The notes: generated by a model not told the origin, from the sequence alone. A stretch of 63,917 nucleotides of DNA, filler included, from Octopus bimaculoides (GCF_001194135.2; 5 parts of 5 records of this genome joined end to end with filler, not necessarily neighbours in it); one strand, 5' to 3'; shown: positions 40,319 to 54,191, counted from the whole stretch's first letter. Numbers and translations: made by a program.

Positions 40319-40350
40319 TCTCTCTCTCTCTCTCTCTCTCNNNNNNNNNN

Positions 40351-40387
<37 letters not shown>

Positions 40388-40844
40388 AGTGTGTGTGTGT
40401 CTGTGTGCATAAATGTATGCATGTATGTATACTTGCATGCATAGACAGGCACAAAATAACCAAAATATATTTAATAAACCCACCATTTGTGCAAATATAT
40501 CAATTTTTAGTGCATCAAGTTACACAAAGATTTGAATTATACAAATTTGAAAGTGGAAGAAACAATGCTAGTAGGATTGCTAGTATATTTACTATATTTA
40601 TTAGTTTAATATACGATCCTGATACAATATATGAATATTTAATTTCTTCAGGCTTAATTACATCTCCATAATTTAGATATTGTGATATTAGAACGGCATA
40701 TTTCATCAGAGAAAGTCACAAGTGTCTAGTTATTCTTGGATAACGTTTCTGAACGTTTGAGAACATTAAGAAAGCAAACAGTACTAAAACAGTGAATAAT
40801 GAGGCCTTCATATGGTAATTAATCACGCATTATAAGAGATGTTT

Positions 40845-40878
<34 letters not shown>

Positions 40879-40925
40879 TGTGTGTGTGTATGTGAGTGTG
40901 TGCGTGTGCATATGTGTGTGTATAT

Positions 40926-40974
<49 letters not shown>

Positions 40975-41804
40975 NNNNNNNNNNNNNNNNNNNNNNNNNN
41001 NNNNNNNNNNNNNNNNNNNNNNNNNNNNNNNNNNNNNNNNNNNNNNNNNNNNNNNNNNNNNNNNNNNNNNNNNNNNNNNNNNNNNNNNNNNNNNNNNNNN
41101 NNNNNNNNNNNNNNNNNNNNNNNNNNNNNNNNNNNNNNNNNNNNNNNNNNNNNNNNNNNNNNNNNNNNNNNNNNNNNNNNNNNNNNNNNNNNNNNNNNNN
41201 NNNNNNNNNNNNNNNNNNNNNNNNNNNNNNNNNNNNNNNNNNNNNNNNNNNNNNNNNNNNNNNNNNNNNNNNNNNNNNNNNNNNNNNNNNNNNNNNNNNN
41301 NNNNNNNNNNNNNNNNNNNNNNNNNNNNNNNNNNNNNNNNNNNNNNNNNNNNNNNNNNNNNNNNNNNNNNNNNNNNNNNNNNNNNNNNNNNNNNNNNNNN
41401 NNNNNNNNNNNNNNNNNNNNNNNNNNNNNNNNNNNNNNNNNNNNNNNNNNNNNNNNNNNNNNNNNNNNNNNNNNNNNNNNNNNNNNNNNNNNNNNNNNNN
41501 NNNNNNNNNNNNNNNNNNNNNNNNNNNNNNNNNNNNNNNNNNNNNNNNNNNNNNNNNNNNNNNNNNNNNNNNNNNNNNNNNNNNNNNNNNNNNNNNNNNN
41601 NNNNNNNNNNNNNNNNNNNNNNNNNNNNNNNNNNNNNNNNNNNNNNNNNNNNNNNNNNNNNNNNNNNNNNNNNNNNNNNNNNNNNNNNNNNNNNNNNNNN
41701 NNNNTATACATATACAGGGGAAGGTTTAGAAGTATATTCAAATATATATTTTCTATATATATACAAATATATATATAAATCCAAAATGCATATTTATGTA
41801 TATG

Positions 41805-41837
<33 letters not shown>

Positions 41838-42489
41838 ACACACACACACACACACACAAGCACGTACACGTGCTCACGTAAGTACACTTCTTAAATAGAT
41901 CTATCCGTGATCATATACACGCATGCACACCCAAAGCTCTCACCCGCATACACACAGAATTAACATTTTACAAGAAAGTACACACACATATATACTTGGT
42001 AAAATACAAGGACTCCAATACACACAGACACATACACACACTCACAGAGGAGAACATTCTCTCACCCTCTCTGTATCCACTATTCCCTTTCCGTTTCTCC
42101 TTCCTTCTCTTTCACCCCTCACCTAAAACCAAATATTGAAACTTCACTCTCAAACAAGATTCTTCCACCATTACAAAGAGACGACTCCCAAACTAAAATT
42201 TGAAATTGTAATAAAATAAAGCAAGTATGTGTAACTGTTCGAGTTGAGTGGTCACGGTATCGAATAGCGCTCACCCCCGTCTCACCATCGAAATCTTGAA
42301 ACATATCGGATTGTAATCTATATTCAATGCCTCGAGGAATTCTCAGCGCTAAATCACGATGACTTTCGTTTTAAACCCTTTTCTCTCATTTATTTATTCA
42401 AACATAAATAGAGAAAATAATAAGGGGTGAATATATGAACAAAAATAATGCAATACTAAATATAGTGATGATTAATTTTAATATTATTA

Positions 42490-42553
<64 letters not shown>

Positions 42554-42560
42554 TTATTGA

Positions 42561-43099
42561 TTGAGAGAGCTGTTCATGTCATCAAAGTGACACTGGGGTA
42601 AAATATACGAAGCCCAATATACCCATCATAACTACTCGTCTGATAAGGGTACACCAAGCACATGCATCACAACCATATGTGCGCGACATGATGATCTCAT
42701 ATCAAGATAAAACAGCGCATGACCTCGCAGGTGGGGCCCACTTAGAATTTTCTTCGGGTCGAGTAGCCCTTCCCGCTCTAAAGGTCACTGAATAAGAGTT
42801 GTTTAAGGATGTTGAACGAAACACCCATGTTTCCAAAGGTTAATTATCCAAACCGCAAAGAAGTCCTTTCAACACATGGCTATGATGCTCCCCAACTACT
42901 TCTGCACGTGATCAGAGATGCACATATCATCAGCCACCAAGGGACATGCTCAACTGGTTATGGTCAAACAGCTGACAAGCAAATCTGTTGTATTGAGCAG
43001 ATATGTTTTATAACCAAGACAAAACAATGTACATGATAACACTTCCAATCTCTTAAGCTCAGAAGCCATGAGAGCCACTGCCTGGTACTGCATCAGGGC

Positions 43100-43103
<4 letters not shown>
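42561..43103. mobile_element. family D element, copy 2 (inverted relative to 25471-26026), flanked on both sides by (ATT)n
   Basis: same boundaries as copy 1. Confidence 0.85.
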
Positions 43104-43149
<46 letters not shown>

Positions 43150-43153
43150 GTAT

Positions 43154-43250
43154 TAGATAGATAGATGAGTTCTTAACTTTTGTATACGATTGCCAAATTG
43201 ATGGATTTTGGCAATCGTATACAAAAGTTAAGAACTCATCTATCTATCTA
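43154..43250. repeat. perfect inverted repeat, 44-bp arms with 9-nt loop
   Basis: 43154-43197 is the exact reverse complement of 43207-43250. Confidence 0.95.
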
Positions 43251-43292
43251 TTACATTTCTGCTGAGTTACCAGTCCTTTATATAAACTAAAA

Positions 43293-43352
<60 letters not shown>

Positions 43353-43353
43353 T

Positions 43354-44200
43354 AAGGCGGTGAGCTGGCAGAATCGTTAGCATGCCGGTAAAATGCTTCG
43401 TGGCATTTCGTCCGTCTTTACGTTCTGAGTTCAAATTTCGCCGAGGGTGACTTTGCCTTTCATCCTTTCGGGGATCGATAAATTAAGTACCAGTGAAATA
43501 CTGGGGTCGATGTAATCGACTAGTCCCCTCCCATCAAATTTCAGACCTTGTGCCTTTAGTAGAAAAGATTATTATTATAGTTGTTATAGGTGAGCTAGCA
43601 GAATCGTTATCACGCCGGGCAACATGCTTCGTAGCATTTCGTCCGTCTTTACGTTCTGAGTTCAAATCTCACCGAGGTCGACTTTGCCTTTTATCCTTTC
43701 GGGGTCGATGAAATATATACCAATTACGCACTGGGTTCAGTGTAATCGACTTACTCCTCCTGCCAACTTTCAGGCTTTGTGCCTATAATAGAAAAGATTA
43801 TTACTATTAAGGTGGCGAGCTGGCAGAATCGTTAGCACGTCGAACAATATGTTTAGCAGCAATTCATTCGTTTTTAGGTTTTGAGTTCAAATTCCGCCGA
43901 GGTTGGCATTGCCAGTCACCCTTTCGGAGTTGATAGAGTAAGTACCAGTTGAACACTGAGGACGATTTAATCAATTTGTCCCTCCCACTAAATTCCTGGC
44001 AGAATCGTTTGCACTCCAAGTAAAATACTTGACGGCATTTCTTTCGGCTTTACATTCTAAGTTCAAATTCTGCCGAGGTCGACTTTGCCTTTCATCCTCT
44101 TGGCGTCGATTAAATAAGTATCTCTAGAACATGGGATTGATGTAATCGACTAGACCCTTCTTCCGAAATTTCAGGTCTTGTTCCTCTAATAGGAAGGTTT
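43354..44200 (+). mobile_element. head-to-tail array of four SINE family B copies
   Basis: head motif gagct(g/a)gcagaatcgtt at ~43354, 43588, 43809, 43996; copies 1, 2 and 4 end in agaaaagatt/aggaaggttt plus (ATT)n. Confidence 0.9.
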
Positions 44201-44449
44201 ATTACTATTCGTATGACTGTCGATTTGTGCACACTTGTCTGCCTCGCTCCGAAAGGCTGCTCAAGTTCAATAGTTAATTAAGAACCCTTCTACGTCTTGA
44301 AATAAAGTGTTTTTCTCAAGAATACAACCTATCGCCCAGTCTAAAAATCGAAACCGCAATCAAACAACCATGGATGCAACACCCAAGCCAGTCTTTTTCT
44401 GTTTTCTAAAAGGGATTTACACGATTATCTAAGCTGTTTTTACAGCCAT

Positions 44450-44499
<50 letters not shown>

Positions 44500-44990
44500 G
44501 AAGTGTACACTCTACTTAGGCTTTCCTTCCCGGCTGGTTGGGCGCTTAAATCGAGATACACACACACAGAGTATGTGCGATATGCATGCAATAAACATTC
44601 GGTATCGGAATAGAAAATAAATAAAATTTGCGAAAAGTGGTTATGCATACACATGCACATATTCACACACATGCACACACGCATACTACTTGTGCGCGTG
44701 TATATAAAGAGGTATCATATTGTATAAGAGAAAAGGGGTGGGGCTAAAGAAAGAGAAATAGGAAAATGAGCAGCTGAATGAAGCAGGTCTGACATTTAAC
44801 TTCCAATAATGGTGTTTTGTCAGTTTTTAAATAAAATTACACAGGTTGTTTTAAGCAGACTTATTCAGGATTGGGTTAAACAAGGGGAACTTAGTAAATA
44901 AATATCAGCGACAGAGGCAGTATTAATACTGAGAGGCAATATTTATCCCCTCTTAAAAGTGGATCTTCTATAAGAACCAACTATACTATA

Positions 44991-45356
44991 TAGGCGCCGG
45001 CGTGGCTGTGAGGTAAGAAGCTTGCTTCCCAACCACATGATCGCAGAATCAGTCCAACTGTGTGGCATCTTGGATAGGCGAGTGGATTTGGCTGATGGAA
45101 ACTGAAAGAAGCCCGTCTTATATATCTATGTGTATGTGTCTTTATGTCTGAGTCTGTCCCCCACCTACTCGTTGACAACTGGTGTTGGTATGTTTGTGTC
45201 CCTGTAACTTAGCGGTTCAGCAAAAGAGTCCGATAGAATAAGTGTCAGGCTTAAAAAATAAGTACTAGAGTCGATTAATTCGACCAAAAAATTTAAGGCA
45301 GTACCCCACCATGGCCGCAGTCTAATGATTGAAACAAGTCAAAAAATAAAAGAATA
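44991..45356 (+). mobile_element. SINE family A with internal deletion
   Basis: aggcgccggcgtggctgtgaggtaagaagc head ... catggccgcagtctaatgattgaaacaag tail. Confidence 0.85.
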
Positions 45357-45934
45357 TATTACCGTAGAGAAACTCATACTGGTCTTGGTGTAAAATGCAC
45401 TCTTGTTTATATCGCTGGCGAGGTGATAAATCTCCACCTCCTCCAGCGCCAAGGAGATTTCGACCTTTGTTGGTCTTGTCAGTGATGGACGATCGACCGC
45501 TAGAGTTAGCAGTGACTCATACCACCACCAGCGATGTTTTGTATAACCCCAAGTCATTCTTAATCAAGTATGACTAGACCTGTAAGAACATGACCGGGCG
45601 AAGAGGCAGCTTTAATTTCCCGATCATTTATTCAAGATTCACTGAGACCTAAGTCTACCTTGGTACCGTACTATACATTCTGTTCTAGTATTCATTGGTT
45701 TTCTTGTAGGTGCAATGTGAAACTTAAAGCATCAAACATCTGCATCAAATCAAGTTTGCTCACCCCAGCTGTGACTACCAGTAAAATTATAGGCCGTGTA
45801 GCAAACAAAGGACCCTATATATGGTCAGTCAAAATACTAAAAACAATATTGCCATCAAACCACTCGTAACTGTCTTGATAAAGAAGTACGTTGTGTAATA
45901 ATCCTTTAAATTACAGCGACTAGGAATGAAGTAT

Positions 45935-46101
45935 AGGGAGATGGGGCTAGTCAATTACATCGGTCCCAATATTTGGCTGGTGCCTATTTAATAGACACTG
46001 AAAGGATGAAAAGTCAACATCGGTGGAATTTAGGCTCAGAACATAAGACGAATGAAATGCTGCTAAGCATTTTCTCCGGCGTGTCAACGATCCTGCCAGC
46101 T
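45935..46101 (-). mobile_element. SINE family B, diverged
   Basis: ctagtcaattacatcgg...aaaggatgaaaagtcaac...ctcagaac...gatcctgccagctc. Confidence 0.75.
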
Positions 46102-46589
46102 CTTCCTGAGAAGGGGAGATAATCTCGAGATTCAAGAATTCTCCAAAGCCATATAAGAGTGCACATACATATATACGCATGCCTGCATCGACACACGTAT
46201 CTATATAGGCACATATACACACACAATATGCATATATTTAAGTATACATATTACGCGTCTATAACATATGAATTCATACATATGCACAAGGACGTAGAAC
46301 AAATAAGTATAAATGTACATACGCTTATATACTTATATATACACAAACATATATAGATGTAAACATATATGCATGCATATACACACCCTTATATATGCAT
46401 ATGTACATACATACTTAAACCTACATCTGTATACACATGCGCATATCTTTGTATATTTACATATGCACACATGTTTAAAATCGTACGTCTGCCTAAACAT
46501 TCTTATATGCATTAGTTTGTTTGTGTGTGTGTGAGTATGTGTGCGTGTGCGTGTGCGCGCGCGTGTGTGTATTTAGATATATAAGAGCA

Positions 46590-47067
46590 AAATGCAAACG
46601 AAATCATTGAAAAAATATTAGCCAACGCAAGACTATATCCATTAACAACGGAACCAAAAGTGAAAACATGCGGTCGGCCTAACTGTGGCACATGCCCCCA
46701 CCTTTTGGAGGGTGCAGAATTCCACTTTAAACAAGGTGAAATATTTAAGATTAAATCAAATTTCACCTGTGCCTCGGAAAACCTGATCTATGCTATTACC
46801 TACTTAGAGTGCGCTAATCAATATATTGGCCAAACAGGAATTTCACTCCGTCGAAGAACCACTCTTCACAAAGAACAAATCCGCCACCCACAATACAGAC
46901 AGATACAAGTCAGTGAACACATACAAAGGTGTGCTAGGAACCTTAATCCAAACTTCCTAATTTTCCCCTTCTATCAATGTTCACAGAACACCTCAGTACA
47001 GCAAACAATAAATAAAGAAGCAACTTTCATCAATAAATATCATTCACAACTTAACATGAACACATAA
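46590..47067 (+). mobile_element. Penelope-like element 3' fragment, nearly intact Cys-rich linker plus GIY-YIG endonuclease domain
   Basis: KILANARLYP...KTCGRPNCGTCPHL...FTCASENLIYAITYLECANQYIGQTGISLRRR...H...SEH...KEATFINKYHSQLN; no RT upstream (starts at a microsatellite). Confidence 0.88.
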
Positions 47068-47446
47068 CATAATACAGAACACTACTAACATTACCAATAA
47101 TACCACTAACTCCCATACATCCCATACACTATTCATATTACAGTATTATATCTATCCTAATTGCACCACGTCCAGAACTACTTACCTACCTTATACATAA
47201 TCTTTTTACTCAGGGACAAGTAGACCCGACACTGTGCTCATTCAAAGCCAGTGAACAGCGTTTGACGATACCGATATGACTTTGAATCTCATTAACAATT
47301 CAAGATAATGAATTTAATTCCTCTTAATTCTACCTCAGTTCATCTAATTGTATATATTTATCGTTACTTTTCATAAAATAGCCTTTATTTTTTTTTATAT
47401 CCAATGTGCATTTTCGCTTTTTTCTCATAAAAAAGCCTTTATTTTT

Positions 47447-47760
47447 TTATTTGTTTCAGTCATTTGACTGCGGCCATGCTGGAGCACCGCCTTTAGTCGA
47501 ACACATCGACCCCTGGTCTTATTTTTTATAAGCCTAGGTCTTATTCTATCGGTCTCTTTTGCCGAACCGCTAAGTTACGGGGACGTAAACACACCAACAT
47601 CGGTTGCCAAAGGATGGTGGGGAACAAACACAGACACACAAACATATACATACATATATATACAACGGACTTCTTTCAGTTTCCGTCTACCAAATTGACT
47701 CACAAGGTTTTGGTCGGCCCGAGTCTATAGTATAGCTTACTTATCACACAGCCACTCCTA
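47447..47760 (-). mobile_element. SINE family A with deletion near the head
   Basis: tttcagtcatttgactgcggccatgctggagcaccgcc ... cacacagccactcc. Confidence 0.88.
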
Positions 47761-47817
47761 TATATATAATTATCAAAGTTGGGATATAAGTCCAGGTAGG
47801 TATATAGCAAGTCTCAG

Positions 47818-47852
<35 letters not shown>

Positions 47853-48284
47853 TGTTTTTTTCATGATCGAAGATCGGAGATGTGCTGAATACTATGGTAG
47901 GGTTTTGTAATTTATACAGGCTGATCCTTTTTACTGTTAGGCGTGAATTTCCTTGAATTCCAGAGTATTCCTTGGAGAGTATAGTCTAGATACTGGATCC
48001 AGTGTATTTTGTTTTCCTGGCAAATTAAATAACGGTTGTCGATGTTTGTGTTTACAAGCAGCTGATGTCAAACGAAATCAAATATACTCGAAGTATACTT
48101 GCCATTTCAACGCTTACAAAAAAAGGAGTAAAAGCCATATTCCACTGAAATTTTTTTAAGAATGAAATTGTTAAAAAAAGCGAAATCTTCATCGTTGAAG
48201 GTAAAGTTTTGAAATAAGCCATGAATGGACATTAATTTGGGTTTGTATTATTCACTATACGAGCCTTTATTATTATTTTTATCA

Positions 48285-48345
<61 letters not shown>

Positions 48346-49053
48346 CACCATCATGATCATCATCTTTATTATTATCACCATCATCATCGTCATCATCATC
48401 ATCATCATATAATCATATCATCATCTCTCGTACAATGTGTTTATATACATACATACATATATGTGCGTGTGTATGGTGTGTGCATGTGTGTGTATGTGTG
48501 TGTACTTGAGTGTACATGTATATGTGTGTGTGCATGCGTGTTCTATGTGTGTGTGCGCGTGCGCGTAGATTTGTACGTGCATACGAAAATATAGTATGGA
48601 GACGATGCAATAACACGCTCGATTCGGTGTATCAAATTTGTGTACAGCTTCTAACATGGCTGTCAACAGATTTCAGTGAAATCTATTGAAGGCTTGAGAC
48701 CGGAGATATTTACATTATCCTCCCGAACAGAGTACATTGTGTCATGCCATAAGTATGCGAGAGATCAGAGGTCAGAGGTTTCCAAAGGAATTCTAAAACT
48801 TCCACCACCTCATCTACCCATATGTTTATGGTAATGCGGCTGGTTCCTACAGAATCTGCTGTCAGTAGTTCTGATGTGGACAAGAGTAACAACATAACAA
48901 AAATAACCAAAATGTACAATTTATGTTGTTTTAGCCATTGTTGTTGTGGTGGTGGTCCCGGTGGCCTTAATGGTACTGATGATGGTGGTGGTCATTGCTG
49001 GACGTTCCTGTTTAGCCCCAGCTGAAATCTAATCGAGCAGTCTTATGAACATA

Positions 49054-49216
49054 AAGACAGCGAACTGGCAGAATCGTTAGCACGCCTAGCGAAATGCTTG
49101 GCAGTATTTCGTCCGTCTTAACGTTCTGAGTTCAAATTTGCTTTTCATCTTTTCAGGATAGATAAAATAAGTACCAGTTGAGCACTGGGATCGATGTAAT
49201 TGGATTAACTACTCCT
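49054..49216 (+). mobile_element. SINE family B, diverged
   Basis: gcgaactggcagaatcgttagcacgcc...gttctgagttcaaatt...aagtaccagttgagcactggg. Confidence 0.8.
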
Positions 49217-49868
49217 GGGTAACTGCATCTCTCTGCCAAGCAATATCGAGCCAAGCGATGTCGTGACAGCATAGGCTCATTAAACCAGTATGGTCACAAC
49301 TTCAAATTCACGGCTTCCACATAAGACCGTGGTTGGTGGAGAGAACATATTGAGGCCTTCGTCCTGCAGTAGATTGAACGCAAGCAATCCAATCCCAACC
49401 AATCCATGATCACAATCACACCATGACCATCCCAGTTTTATGTACACCACAATTTTCAACATGTCCTTTCATTAAATATGATTTGAGAAAAATTTGACAT
49501 TTATTTCTCGCAGGTCAAACCACCACATCGATGTTTCACTGTTGGCTCGGTAATGGTTGATGGTGTAGCTGGTGGGTGATGCCTATCATATTGTTGTTGC
49601 TGATGTTGTTGCTGCTCGTAATGTTGCAAATTGCTGTTGTTATTCATGCTGTTTAACCCCAGGACATCCTAAATCCAGTTATGGACTATAATCCTCAAAA
49701 GTATTTGTCATAGATGTTGCTATTGTTGTAATTGTAATATTCCTTGTCGTTTTCACGAGCGGAAATATGGTCTAAAGCAAGCATGTCAAATTGTCTTTAC
49801 GGGCTGCATTGCTCACATAAATATTGCTATGTGGGACTACATATTTTTAAACATGCGTTTACAACCAT

Positions 49869-49921
<53 letters not shown>

Positions 49922-50253
49922 TCTTTTTCTTCTCCGTCTTCGTCTTCTTCCTCTTCTACTTGTTTACACTTTGCTATCAGTTTCCTAAACCCTATGTGTA
50001 TTCATGGATTATAATTTCACAGTGAGCCTTTAACAAATCGTATGTGATTTATGACCTTGACTGTAGCTATGTCCCAAGCTTAATTTTACTTCGATATCCA
50101 GCAATATGGACGTCACAATCTTCACAAGATTTTCGTCTTAGCTATCGGAGTAAAAGGCCAGCTAGTTTTATACATCGAACGACTATCACCAATCGCTGAA
50201 TCTAGATTACTGAATACTAACGTGAAAATATTGTACGGATGTACCCACACACA

Positions 50254-50284
<31 letters not shown>

Positions 50285-50649
50285 NNNNNNNNNNNNNNNN
50301 NNNNNNNNNNNNNNNNNNNNNNNNNNNNNNNNNNNNNNNNNNNNNNNNNNNNNNNNNNNNNNNNNNNNNNNNNNNNNNNNNNNNNNNNNNNNNNNNNNNN
50401 NNNNNNNNNNNNNNNNNNNNNNNNNNNNNNNNNNNNNNNNNNNNNNNNNNNNNNNNNNNNNNNNNNNNNNNNNNNNNNNNNNNNNNNNNNNNNNNNNNNN
50501 NNNNNNNNNNNNNNNNNNNNNNNNNNNATATATATATATATATATATAAGTACTTACTGTGGACAAGGCTACGTGGCGTTCGATTATAAATTAAAAATAC
50601 ACATTTAAGTACGGGACATCACCAACAAGTGGAAAATACGTAAACACAC

Positions 50650-51300
50650 AGAGACATGTACAGGATAAAATACCAAAAGAAATCTAACTCCTCCTCAGTT
50701 GCCGTGTGCCAATGCAAGATTACCTCTGGAACCAAGGAATTTTTTCATATTGGATTATCTTCTACGGATTTGCAATCCAGACTGGCGAACCACTTTTCTA
50801 CCTTCAAATACAATCGGAAACGTAATTCCACAGGACTTAGTAAACCAATCTAGCACTCTGACAAACTTTTTTCTTTAGATTGAAAAATTTTATCTAGATC
50901 ATTCCCCTATGACAAAGGGAAATTTTCTGTCCTCTCCGCACGGAAGAGCAATTTTCTCTCCTCTTTTCCAAACATAAACTGGTGAACACGTTAACGGAGC
51001 GAGTTTACAGGTGTTCACATTGGAAAAAATCACTATTTCGCTTTTTTAAAAATAATATCTACCCCTTACCTAATAATAATTTCTTCAAATTATCTTTTTT
51101 TATTCTTTATTCTTACTTCCCATAACCTTTATACCTCCCTTCATCTTTTCTTCCCATTTTTTATCTATCCAATTTTTCCCCTCTCTCTCTCTCTCCCCTC
51201 TCTCTCCTCTCTCTCCTCTCTCTCTCCTCTTTCTCCTCTCTCTTTTAACTTTGTTTTCTCCTCCCCCCCTATTTATCTATACTTTCTGTTCTTCCCTCAC
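50650..51300 (+). mobile_element. Penelope-like element 3' fragment, decayed GIY-YIG, with pyrimidine-rich tail
   Basis: VCQCKIT...HIGLSSTDLQSRLANHFSTFKYNRKRNSTGLSKPI*...FSLD*KILSRSFPY; same endonuclease type as 28400-28850. Confidence 0.8.
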
Positions 51301-51651
51301 TCTATGAAATATATTTCCTTAATGGCATTTTAAAATGTTATCGTTCCCTTCACTACTTAGCTTTCCATATATGTATATGCGTGTATATCTGTATCTGTTT
51401 CTGTAAGTATATATATTATGTGTGTGCACCAATATGCGTATGTATTTATGTATGTCTGTGTATGTAAGTATGTGTTTGGATGTGTATGTGTTTATGTAAG
51501 TACGTGGTCGTACACGTCTATAAACGTATGTATGTGTTATAAGTATATGTATGTGTGTACGTGTATGCATGTATGTGAATATATATGTGTACTTATGTGT
51601 GGATGTGTATATATGTAGATGTTTATGTGTGTACATGTATGTATGTATGTG

Positions 51652-51685
<34 letters not shown>

Positions 51686-52087
51686 CATAAAATGTATAAA
51701 TACATAAATGCGTGTATGCGTGTGTGCGTACGTATGTGCATATGCATATATATATGTATATATGTCACATTTTCTGTAGATTCTTATACCTGTTAAAATG
51801 TCTATTTGATGAGCACTGTTGCTTATATCCGCTTTGATGAGATTGATACATTGCTGATCATTATTCATCCTGTCGGATGTATTTTGAGTGCATCCATCAA
51901 AACATATGTCGATGATATGACGATATAAAGGATTTAATAACAGCTTGAGCGTTTGTCACCATTTTCAATGTTTCCTACTTTATCCTAAATACGTCTCGCT
52001 TCTCCCCGAGATCAAATCCCACATATGTGTGACTATTGTTTCTTGGGACACTTAAGCAACATTTAGCTACCTTGTAATTATTACCCT

Positions 52088-52219
52088 GAGTGGATTTAGC
52101 ACACGAAAACTGAAAGAAGCTTGTCGTGTATATATATATATATATATATATACGTCTGTGTTTGTCCTCATAACTACTTGACAACCAGTGTTGATGTGTT
52201 TACGTCTCCGTAACTTAGC
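52088..52219 (+). mobile_element. SINE family A, internal fragment
   Basis: gagtggattt...aactgaaagaagc...(TA)n...ttgacaacc...gtgtttacgtctccgtaacttagc. Confidence 0.7.
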
Positions 52220-52402
52220 ATATAATATTTTCATACATGTATATATGTAAATGTATATATGTATGAAAATATTATAGGTATATTTTTATACCTCTAGCTT
52301 TGAAGTCTTGCACCATGTTTTGTTTGTTTTTGAAGCTCAAAATTTTTCATACAGCTCTCGTATATACATATATATATATGTATATATATATATGTGTATA
52401 CA

Positions 52403-52466
<64 letters not shown>

Positions 52467-52492
52467 TATATATATGTGTATATATATTTATA

Positions 52493-52532
<40 letters not shown>

Positions 52533-53133
52533 CATACATACATATATGTGTGTCTAAATTCACACACACACACACACACACAGATATATATATATATATN
52601 NNNNNNNNNNNNNNNNNNNNNNNNNNNNNNNNNNNNNNNNNNNNNNNNNNNNNNNNNNNNNNNNNNNNNNNNNNNNNNNNNNNNNNNNNNNNNNNNNNNN
52701 NNNNNNNNNNNNNNNNNNNNNNNNNNNNNNNNNNNNNNNNNNNNNNNNNNNNNNNNNNNNNNNNNNNNNNNNNNNNNNNNNNNNNNNNNNNNNNNNNNNN
52801 NNNNNNNNNNNNNNNNNNNNNNNNNNNNNNNNNNNNNNNNNNNNNNNNNNNNNNNNNNNNNNNNNNNNNNNNNNNNNNNNNNNNNNNNNNNNNNNNNNNN
52901 NNNNNNNNNNNNNNNNNNNNNNNNNNNNNNNNNNNNNNNNNNNNNNNNNNNNNNNNNNNNNNNNNNNNNNNNNNNNNNNNNNNNNNNNNNNNNNNNNNNN
53001 NNNNNNNNNNNNNNNNNNNNNNNNNNNNNNNNNNNNNNNNNNNNNNNNNNNNNNNNNNNNNNNNNNNNNNNNNNNNNNNNNNNNNNNNNNNNNNNNNNNN
53101 NNNNNNNNNNNNNNNNNNNNNNNNNNNNNNNNN

Positions 53134-54191
53134 NAAACTGCTTTCTTTCATTTTCCAAACAAAGCTGATAACGTCCAACAATGGATTCGACAACATTGCC
53201 GAACATTTCATTTGGAATTGCAAGACAGTGTATTCGAATTTCATTTTTCAGATCATCAATTGTCACTGGTTTTGCAGCATAAACCTTATCTTTGAGATAT
53301 CCCCATAAAAAAAATCCATTGGCGTGATGTCTGGGGAACATGTAGGAAATTCAACGCTACCTCTCCTCCCAATCCATTTGTTTGGATTTGTTGCATCGAG
53401 GTAAGCCCGTACATCACAATGGTAGTGAGGAGGAGCTCCATCTTGCTGGAAGTAAATCTCCTCGTCCCCAAACATCTCTTCAATTCGTGGACCGATATTT
53501 CCCACCAGTAAGTTTAAGTAAACTGGGCCACTGACAGTTTGGTCAAATAAATGGTCCAACGATGCCCAATGTTGACATCTCACACCACACTGTAACACCT
53601 GGTAAGTTCAGATGGTGTCCCATAGTAAAATGTAGATTTTCAAGGGCCCAGTATGTGCAATTATGTCAGACTAAACCATTTAACTTGAAGCTGGCCTCAT
53701 CGCTCCATAAGATTTTCTCTGGAAACGTTGCATCCTCTGCGAATTTGTTCAGATACCATTCGCAAAATTGAACTCTCTGATCAGGATCATCTTCATTGAG
53801 GGCTTGAATTAATGTTGGAACGTAACTTTTCCATTGAGCTCGTTTCAACATCTGATGAACACTCGATTTGGAGATTCCTATCTCATGACTCAATTGTCTT
53901 ACGGATTTTTTGGGGGATCGGGAAAGGGTTTCCATTAATTGGTTGTGTCTATTGGATGTTCGTGGTCTTCCAGAGCGTTGCTTACTAACGTTCTGAACAG
54001 TTCCGTATGCTTCAAATTTATCTCTGATGCACATTTTCGTGCTTCCAGTAGCACTTTAATATAATTTTTTTCCTCAAACGTCAGTTGTGCGTTTGCCATT
54101 GTGAAGCGTTGGTTGAGTCTGAAATAAAAAAGAAAACAATACATTAGTAATCGTCAGTCAAAGAATGAGTACATCTTTTTGGGACACCCTG
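53134..54191 (-). mobile_element. Tc1/mariner DD41D (rosa/VS-type) transposon, decayed; 3' end lost in gap
   Basis: TIR (reverse complement cagggtgtcccaaaaagatgtactc) plus TA; MANAQLTFEE..., [10 protein letters not shown]...SGRPRTS, WSDEASF, FQQDGAPPH with 41 residues to the D of SPDITPMD, then (F)LWGYLKDKVY; frameshifts. Confidence 0.9.

Noticed and set aside
43354-44200. Regularly spaced repeats that could be mistaken for a CRISPR array
   Set aside because: Units are ~200-230-bp tRNA-derived SINEs in eukaryotic DNA, with no spacers or cas genes.
45700-45870. Strong acceptor ttggttttcttgtag with an open frame; minus-strand GPLFA...MFDAL vaguely GPCR-like
   Set aside because: No recognisable domain, an in-frame stop on the minus strand, and no partner exons.
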